A DNA stretch of 64,000 bases from contig NC_087436.1 in NCBI RefSeq assembly GCF_036321535.1, positions 123,010,001-123,074,000 on the forward strand, in the 5' to 3' direction. A model generated the notes under the pieces. It was not told where the DNA came from, made no database searches, and was given only the letters and a program-made list of their open reading frames with translations. Position numbers and translations under genes: made by a program. How positions within the stretch are numbered: the first letter of the stretch is position 1; each line of letters starts with the position of its first letter. This document shows, piece by piece, positions 55,600 through 64,000 of this stretch. The DNA comes from Camelus dromedarius (taxonomy: Eukaryota).

Positions 55600-56640
55600 G
55601 CAGTTTGTTAATATTGCCACTCTCCTCTCATCTTCCTGGCCGAGGCGTGGGCTGCAGGTCTCATCTAATGAGATACCTGGAACTTAAAGAAAGTTATTTC
55701 TCAGGTTGCCTTACTGAGACGCCTCGTGTTTCTCAGAAACGAGCTCGTTGGATCATCTTGGACATTTCATTAGTTTCCTGTAATGGGTCACATCGGCGCC
55801 ATGCACAGGGTTCCCTGCGAGCCCCGATCACATCTTTCCTGTGGGACCTTTGGTCTGCCCTGGAGTTAACAAGTCTCATTCTCTATTTGCCTCCTTCTCT
55901 GTGAACCCTCTCTAACTCTCCACCCTCTGGCAGCCCCACCACCCAGTATTTCCATGTGGCTAAAGGTTCCAGATGAACAGGTGGCTCTTCTCTCCCCTGG
56001 AGTGGCTGCCCCAGGACTCTGGCACCTTCCATTCCCGGCTGCACCTGCTGCGGCCCCGATGGCCCTCGCTCCTCTCCTGCTGGACCCTGGGGAACTTTCT
56101 GAGAGCGGGTGCGTCAGGGGCCCTCTTTCTGCCTTCGTGTGTGATCGCCGGTTAAGCTGGATATACATTTTGGATCTAAATCCATGTCCGCCGTAGGCGT
56201 CTGCAGCCTCACTCCGGTTGCCCGCCAGGCTCTGAAGCTGCCGCTGAGAAGCCACATGCTGTTCTCACCTCCAGTGCGTCTTCCGTGACCTCTTGGTTTT
56301 CTCTCTGGAGGTTTTTGCTGTTTCCTCATCAACCTGGGCATTTTGAAATTCAAGATTTCGGGACCTTGCTGTGGGTCTTCTGGCGTCTGCACCGCGGGTG
56401 CAGGTGGTTCAGTCCCAGGCGCTGCTCCGGCTGCTGCGTGGTGACCCATCCTCCTACCCTGCCCGCTGCGCGCCCTGGTCCGATGCTCTTTCCTGCATCT
56501 TCTCGCCTGTTTCCAGCTCTGCAGCTTTTGTTCTGCTTTCTGGGGCATTTCCTTAATTTCATTTTCTAACTCTTCAACTGAATTTCTCATTTGCGTTTAT
56601 GTTTTTCACTTCCCAAAGCTCTTTCCTGCATTCCAAGCCC
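55600..56640 (-). mobile_element. HAL1/L1ME-type ORF1 remnant
   Basis: Minus-strand ORF 56114-56590 (NSVEELENEIKEMPQKAEQK...ILNFK...) resembles the L1 ORF1p coiled coil. Confidence 0.6.
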
Positions 56641-57556
56641 CCCGCCTCTCGAGAGCTCCCCTGTCCCTGTAACTGCCTCCTGAGCCCCACCTGCCGGTCT
56701 GCAGAGCGCAGTCTCCGTGCCTGGGGCGCGCAGGGTGCACACTCGCGCGTCAGAGTGAGTTCTGAGAGCCGGTGGGAGGTTCCGTGTGCTGTGGGGCCTC
56801 AGGCTCACCTGCGGGACAAGCACGTGATGAGCTGGCTCTGGTGCCTGGAGACGTCCGACTGGAAGCCTCTTTGGGGCTTGGTTGGGGTGTGGTTCCCTTT
56901 CTCCAGAAACGGAGTCTACGTGGCTGGAGGGCGGGTTCTGTGGGCAGGCAGCGGGTGGGGACTTGGGCAAGTCCAAACCCCAGTTTCAGGAAACACACGT
57001 CCACTTGAGCCCAGTCTGCAGGCGGCAGGTCGTCTCTGTCCCTGCAGCCCTGAACCTGGGCCGGGTCTGGAGGGCCTCTGGTTCTTTTTCTCCAGGGAAG
57101 CTTATTTTTGATTCCCCCTTGCTGCTCGGGTGGTGGGTCCCCAGGGTGGGGAGCACAGGTGTCCCTCAGAGAGACCTCAGCCCACCCTGGTCACCCGTGC
57201 CTCCCACAGGACCCAGCGCCACCAAACCTGGAGTCCCCCCGCAGTCCCGCCGCCACGTCAACTTGTCTGCGCATCTCACTCTGCCCTCGCTGGTTGCCCT
57301 TCGGTTCCCCCAGCGTCGACACCTCGGTCATCTTGCTCTCTCCTCCCCTATTCTGCTTGTCTCTGTGGAATCATGCTTTTAAATTTCCTGACTCTCCTTT
57401 GAGTGGGGTTGGGGAAAGCGGTGTGTATCCGTCCAGCGTGTTTAACCAGAACTCAGCAGTGAGGACCCTCAACTGTAAGGACTTTGCATTAGGACACCTA
57501 AGGTCAGAACACCTGGAATTGGGACACGGAGCAAAAGGATAACTGGAGTGCCTGTC

Positions 57557-57970
57557 CAGGCACCTCGGAGGTCTCGCAGGTCGGGTTCCAGACCACTGCA
57601 ACAGAGAGACAATCGCAACAAAGCAGGCACGGGAACTTTCTGGTTTCCCGGCGCGTACAAAAGATATGTTTACACTGTAGTCTGTGAGGTGCGCAACAAC
57701 ATCGTGTCCAGGATAGCGTGCATGTCATGAGTTAAAAAATGTACTGCTAAAAAATGCTAACCATCATCTTAGCCTTCAGTGAGTCATAATCTTTGCTGGT
57801 GGAGGGTTTGAAATAGTGTGAGAATTACCAAAATGTGACAAGAGACATGAAGTGAGCAGGTTCTGTTGGAAACATGGTGCCCATAGACTTGCTTGACCCA
57901 AGGTTGCCACAAACCTTCGATCTGTGAAAAATGCAGTACCTGGGAGGCACATTAAAACAAAGTCTGCCTG
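57557..57970. mobile_element. Second Tigger1-derived non-autonomous element
   Basis: CAGGCACCTCGGAG... and ...gtctgCCTG termini; tgctaaaaaatgctaaccatcatcttagccttcagtgagtc; homologous to 3997-4431. Confidence 0.85.
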
Positions 57971-58164
57971 CATTAGGACAGCTGGCACTTGGACACCTGG
58001 CACTCAAACACGTGGCTTTAGGACCTGTGGCCTCAGGACGCCTGCCTTGGTCTTGCGTGGATTCGCTGCCGGTGACTGAACTGACGCCGCATGTCAGGCA
58101 TCACACGTCAGGTTTCTCACTCGTGCAAACAAGGCTGCAGCGGGCATCCCTGCACGCACACCCT

Positions 58165-58285
58165 GTCACTCAGTGTGTATTCACTGAGCTCTTGCTGCGA
58201 GCCAGACACACAGACGGTCTCTGTCCTGGTGAAACATACATTCTAGTGTTGGAGAGGGACAACAAAACCCAGGTAAACAAACACT
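58165..58285 (-). mobile_element. L2 3' end remnant
   Basis: tattcactgagctcttgctgcgagccagacac...acattctagtgttggagagggacaac...gtaaacaaa. Confidence 0.5.
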
Positions 58286-59119
58286 GAACATGAGGCCACG
58301 ACAGTTCCACGCAGGAGGGAAATCCAGCAGGAAGAGGCTCTGTTTCTGAGGCGGTTTGTTGTATTGAGGTGATGGTGCTGGTGCCACGGCTGCAGGAGGG
58401 TGGCCTCTCAGGAAACCGCGATGTCCTTAGTGACGGGAACACGCTACAGCAGGAGGGCGTGCACGGCTGGCTCCTCCTGACACACAGTTCCAAACCCCCG
58501 TCTAAAACAAACGCTGCAAGTCCACACGCGGCAGCGCTCCGGGACGACACGCATCCCCAGAGTCACACGATGGCTGGGGGATGGGTAAAACTGATCCCGT
58601 GTTTAATTACCTCTTTGGGTAACAGTGTGATTTAACATCTTTCGTTCACTCAGCAAGGGTCTGACTACCCAGCAGCTGCCGCCGTTCACGACCTGTGCGT
58701 TCTAGGTGCGCTTCCTGCTACTTACACGTTCGCCGCCTGCCTTCGTGGTCTTCCACGTGTCTCCACCGCGCGCTCACACGCTCGGCCCCGGCCAGGCGCG
58801 GGGGGCGGCTTCCGCGTGGGGGCCTGTGCACCCCAGCCCCGCGGGCCTGGTAGGCTTCGCCGGGCCAGATGTCGTGCGTCAGGTCGCCCTGTTGGTGCTG
58901 GTGTTCTGTTTTCCTAAATAGACTCACTTTGCTCAGGATGTGGTCGGGTCATTTAGAGTCAGTTTGAGTCGTTCCTGCCTTGTTTTTAAGCTTTGTTAAG
59001 TGGGATCAGAGCCATGTTTAATTTAAGGATAATTCCCCCACAATCCCGGCTGCCTCCTTCGCACCCCGACAGCTGCCTTGGGGTCTGTGGCTTTTGTGGC
59101 CCCGCTGCCGGGTTCATGC

Positions 59120-61318
59120 TCATAACAAGGCAAAGACTGTTGGACTGGGCGGAATGTCAAGTGGCTGTAGGGAAACACAAAGGCACAAAGCAGGGAAAAG
59201 CAAGAAGATGGGAGAAGATGGGCCCTGCTGACATCAGTCAGAAGCCCCGAACGGCCACCCTGATGTCAGACAAAGTGGAGTCCAGAGCAAAGGTTACGAC
59301 CAGGAATGAAGCTGGCCGTGGCTTGTAATGACTGAACTTCACAACACAGGAGCAAAACGGATGAAACTTGAAGGAGAAACAGACAAGTCACAAGTTCAGG
59401 TGGAGACACTCAGCCGACAGCAGACAGGCAGAGAGGCAGTGAGGACACACACACCTGAGCAAACCGCCAACCAGCCTGGCCCACTGACTTTCCAGGCTCT
59501 CCAAACAGCACACACAGCGCTTTTACCGAGAGAGACCTTATTCTCGGCCATGAAACCAGTCTCAATAAATGTACAAGACTCCAGTTGTGCCAAATGTGCC
59601 CTTGGCAGCAGTGAGATGAAACAAGAAACTCATAACAGGGAGATATCGGGAACCCTTCCCCAGATGAACGGCCCATGGGACCAAGAAGGGACAACCGGGA
59701 AGCTAGGAAGTACTGTGAACTGAATCGAAATAAAGAAAAGCCAAAATTTGTGGGATCAGTAAAGCAGTGTTTGGAGGGAAATTTGTGTCACCAGCACCTC
59801 AACAGAAACGAAAGAAGGCCTCAGATAATTAACTTCAACTACTAACATCAGAAACTAGGGAAAGAAAGTCAAACGAAACCCCAAGTAAGCAGAGGGAAGA
59901 AAGCGATAAAGACCAGAGCAGAGGTGAACGACACGGTGGGCGGGGATGATGTGCCATGCTAGTTCTCTAAGAAAGGAAATAACACTGGACTTACATCCAG
60001 AGTATATGAAGAATGGGCACCATTCTATAGTGGAAGACCAACAACCCACTGAAGAAAGGGGCAGGAGCTCTGGGAGGGGGCCACAGCCCTCGGCTCCAAA
60101 GCGGGCCAGGCTGGGGCATCCAGACAGGTCACGTTGAGAGCACGACCGGACGGGCCGGGATGAGACCGGCATTTGGTCCCCCGGAGTCTTCCTCCAAACC
60201 CGGAGCCCTGTCTAATCAAGAGAGAAGCATCAGCCGGGTCGCAGCTGAGAGATGCACAGAATTCCTGAAAACACTCCTCGGTACCGGCAAGGTCGTCAAG
60301 ACAAGGGAAGTCAGGGAAACCGTCACCACTCTGAGGCCCCAAGGACTGTGGCGTGCGGTCCCCGGGGGGGGGGGGTCCTGGAGCACAAGGACACCGAGGC
60401 GGTCAGGTGGTGGCAGCGCTGCCAGTGTGGGCTCCTCGACCGGACGGGTGCACCGTGCTGGGGTCATGTGTTGACAGTGGGGAATATGACTTCCCCGTCC
60501 TGCCGGGCATGCGGGACTGTCTTCATCATTTACTGTAAACCTAAAATTATTCTAAGACGAAAGGTTATTTTTGAAAGTGTGCAAACGATTTGAATAGGGA
60601 TTCCATCAAATAAAATACGAAAGTTGTTACTAAGCACATGGAAATACGCTTAGCAACATTAGTCCTGAGGGAAACACCGCAGCAGCCTCGCGCCCACGGG
60701 GACAGTTAGAACCACGGGCACGGGGGCGGCACGTGTCGGCAAGGATGTGGAGAACCTGGGACCCTCGTAGCTGCTGTGGGAGTTTACAGTGGTGCCACTA
60801 CTTTGGAAAGCAGTTCAGCAGTTCTTAAAGGTGGAACCTCGACTTACCACGCAACTCAGAGTCCGCTCTCGGGAACTTGCCCACGTGCGCGCTCGGACTT
60901 GGCTGTGAGTGTTCAGGGCGACTTCGTTCACAGAGACCAGACTGGGAGGAACCCAGACACCAGCAGCCAGGGGGCGGGTCACCGGTGGACGGATAAGCCT
61001 GGCATCATCCTCTCGGCACCAGCGGTCTATGAGCCGCAGGTGCTCAGCCGCGGGGACAGGTCTCAGAGGCAGCCGGACCCCCGCACAGTCACCACCCGGC
61101 CCTGACTGCAGTGAGACAAGCTCTGGAGAACGCACAGTCATTGACAGGGGCAGCAAGTGGATCGGAGGTTGTCTGGGGAGTCTGGTGGGAGGGATCACAC
61201 GAGGCCACCAGGAAACTTTAGGGATGTAGCGTGTCCTGTATCCTGACGGTGGTGACGGTTTCACGGTTGGTCAATCGGAGTGATTTGAAGTCCGTTATCC
61301 CTCTATAAAGCTGCTTTA
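59120..61318 (+). mobile_element. Stack of old L1 fragments (ORF2 endonuclease region, an L1MC-like 3' UTR at ~60090-60575, and a further ORF2 end/3' UTR)
   Basis: atgtcagacaaagtggagtccagagcaaag; cagtctcaataaat; ctgtaaacctaaaattattctaa; ggcaaggatgtggagaa...ccactactttggaaagcagtt; ends ataaagctgctt. Confidence 0.75.
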
Positions 61319-61339
61319 TGAATGGATTGTCAGGGCACT

Positions 61340-62606
61340 ATGAGCTCATCTACAAAGCAGAAACAGACTTGCAGGCATAGTAAACAATCTTGTGGTTCCA
61401 TAAGGAATAAATCTGGGAGTTTGAGATTTGCAAATGTTAGCCACATATACAAAAACAGATTTAAAAAAAAACAAGTTTCAAAAATGGGCAGAAGACCTTA
61501 ACAAGCAATTCTCCAAGGAAGACATACAAATGATCAATAGGCACATGAAAAAAACGCTCAATATCACTAATTATCAGAGAAATGCTAATCAAAACTACAA
61601 TGAGGTATCACCTCACACCGGTCAAAATGGCCATCATTCAAAAGTCCACAAATGACAAATGCTGGAGAGGCTGCGGAGAAAGGGGAACCCTCCTTCACTG
61701 CTGGTGGGAATGCAGTTTGGTGCAGCCGCTGTGGAAAACAGTGTGGAGATTCCTCAAAAGACTAGGAATAGACTTACCGTATGACCCAGGAATCCCACTC
61801 CTGGGCATATATCCAGAAGGAACCCTACTTCAAAAAGACACCTGCACCCCAGTGTTCATAGCAGCACTATTTACAATAGCCAAGACATGGAGACAACCTA
61901 AATGTCCATCAACGGATAACCGGATAGAGAAGATGTGGTATATTTATACAGTGGAATACTACTTAGCCATAAAAACGACAACATAACGCCATTTGCAGCA
62001 GCATGGATGTCCCTGGAGAATGTCATTCTAAGTGAAGTAAGCCAGAAAGAGAAAGAAAAATACCATATGAGATCGCTCATATGTGGAATCTATAAAAAAA
62101 AGAGAGAGAGAACATAAATACAAAAGAGAAACAGACTCATAGACATAGAATACAAACTTGTGGATGCCAGGGGGACGGGGGTGGGAAGAGACAGACTGGG
62201 AGTTCAAAATTTGTAGATACTGACAGGCATATGCAGAATAGATAAACAAGATTGTACTGTACAGCACAGGGAAATACATACAGGATCCTGTGGTGGCTCA
62301 CAGAGAAAAAGAATGCGACAATGAATGTATGTATGTTCGTGTATAACTGAAAAGTGGTGCTCTACACTGGAAATTGACACCACATTATAAAATGACTATA
62401 ACTCAATTAAAAAAAAGTAAAAACAAAACAAAAAAAAGAACAAGTTTCTTCTGTAGAGCACAGGGAACTATATTCAATATCTTGTAATAACCTTTAATGG
62501 AAAAGAATATGAAGACAAGTATTTGTATGTCTATGCATGACTGGGACATTGTGCTGAACACCCAAAACTGACACATTGTAACTGACTGTACTTCAATTAA
62601 AAAAAG
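61340..62606 (+). mobile_element. Outer (host) camelid/cetartiodactyl-type L1 3' UTR, split by a younger insertion
   Basis: 61340-61479 and 62449-62606 join into a continuous L1 3' UTR (...aacaagtttc|ttctgtagagcacagggaactatattcaatatcttgtaataacc...cttcaattaaaaaaa). Confidence 0.8.
61480..62438 (+). mobile_element. Young 5'-truncated L1 (ORF2 C-terminus, 3' UTR, A-tail) with target-site duplication
   Basis: KWAEDLN...[15 protein letters not shown]...[18 protein letters not shown] (CCHC knuckle)...; flanked by the direct repeat AACAAGTTTC at 61470-61479 and 62439-62448. Confidence 0.93.
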
Positions 62607-64000
62607 CCAGAATGGGCTCTTCTCCCAAGGACGCCTGCCTTTGTGATGGTCATGCCATGGTCACATGAGTGGACCGCAGCACCTGAGGCCCGGCTCCCTT
62701 CTGGAGGCAGGATTCGGGAGGTGGCAGTGAACAGGCAGCCCTGGGGGGAATGACAGCTTCATCCCACCCTGCCTGGCCCAGCACGGGGAGGAGGGCTGTG
62801 TCCAGCTCTGCACCCTCTGAGGGACAGGAGGGCGAGGGCAGGTGCTGGGACGCCCTGCTGCTCCACGAGGGGGCTATGTGTCTGCGCGGTGCCAGGCCAG
62901 TAACTACTTTCTGCTGGAAGCATCTTTCCTTCCCGAAAATGAGCTCCATTGAGCACACATTCTGTCTCCTACAGGATTCCGTAAGAAGTGCCAAACTTCA
63001 CTTTCCGTCTCTGGGTGGCGCTTCGCGTGGCTGTTTGCGCGGGAGCCTGGTCCACCCTCGGCATCGTTCTTATGCTGGTTTCACAAAAATCACCCGGAGG
63101 ATTTCCTTCTTTTCCTCCCTTCCAAGGACGTTCTAAATATCAGTGAATTATCTGCTTCTTGAATATTTGAGAGGCTCCATCTGTGAATTCTTAAACGTGG
63201 TTCTCAGTTTCTGACAACACTTTTTTAGAAAATCTACTTCATTCAAGTTTTCAAATATGTAAGGATACAGTGTGACTGTACTCGCCGATCATTTTAATGT
63301 CCTTCCGACCTGCAGCTATTTCTCACTCGTTTTTCCTGGATTTGCACAGCTTTACGCATTCTTCCATCCTCTTGCCTGGAGTGGGCTGCCCATCCCTGTG
63401 CCCGGTGGGCCGCGGTCTGGAGCAGGGTGCACCAGGGATTTGCAGGATGGTAACCCCAAGGATCTTGCTAGACCGCAGCCTCGCTCTCCAGCTCCCAGAG
63501 ATGCAGTGACTGTGGTTTCGCCCGTGCTTTCCAGCTCGGGAGAAGGATTTCATGTGGGGTTTTTCCTCCTTGGTTTTCCAGTGGCATGTGCGACATAGCG
63601 TGTCTGCGCCTGGCTCTCACGACCACCTGGGGCTCCCTGACTGGGTGATGGTGGCGTGTGGCCATGTGCTTGTCTCCAGCCACTTGCAAGGGCCACAGCG
63701 GAGACAAGTGGGCAGCGTGGGCGCCTGTCCTATGAGGGGTGGGTGCAGGGGTCGGGTAGCTGGGCTGAACCCTATATGTGCTTACGAATGTGATTGCTGG
63801 TCCAGCCCGCTGGGACACCCTTCCCTCCACAGCCTGTGAGGGGCGCCCTCCCAGACCCCCCAGGAAGAGACATCATCACACTGAAAACATCTCCAGTCAA
63901 TGACCTTCTCGCTGTCTGGCACTCTCCTGGAATTTCTGGGACCCACAGCGAGGGTGGCCTCTCCCATCCTTATGTCACTGGGATCAGATCTCCTCTGACA

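Noticed and set aside
61582..61986. 134-aa ORF with a CCHC zinc knuckle as a possible novel gene
   Set aside because: It is the frameshifted C-terminus of L1 ORF2p in a 5'-truncated insertion.
46916..64000. Search for CPLX1 exons 3-4 or a nested gene or processed pseudogene in intron 2
   Set aside because: No ATKDMGKMLGG-type complexin sequence or other recognisable coding homology found; the remaining exons lie beyond the window.
1..64000. tRNA, rRNA, CRISPR or prokaryote-type systems
   Set aside because: None recognised; the sequence is explained as a mammalian GAK-CPLX1 locus plus repeats.

Overview
Very GC-rich mammalian genomic DNA. It is probably camelid: the young L1 3' UTRs look camelid/cetartiodactyl-type, and I recognised no Alu, Bov-A or PRE-1 SINEs. 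The + strand carries 24 coding exons of GAK (cyclin G-associated kinase/auxilin-2), equivalent to human exons 5-28, from 1517 to 36561. All introns are GT-AG and the frame is intact: 3470 nt ending in TAA, with an ATTAAA poly(A) signal at 36958. About 8 kb downstream lie the CpG-island promoter, non-coding exon 1 and first coding exon (MEFVMKQALG) of CPLX1 (complexin-1), whose intron 2 runs off the end of the window. The rest is intron/intergenic DNA with decayed L1, L2, MaLR and Tigger remnants and one young nested L1 insertion with a target-site duplication. Almost all ORFs in the track are GC-content artefacts. I found no evidence of a wholly new biological system. The best second-look items are a perfect bipartite REST/RE1 site with an 8-nt spacer in CPLX1 intron 1, two uORFs in the CPLX1 leader, an apparent GC-biased substitution signature in GAK exon 26 and old transposons, a TAAT-dense candidate enhancer, and an excess of long G/C homopolymers. 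Comparisons to human GAK and to repeat consensi are from memory and need database confirmation.
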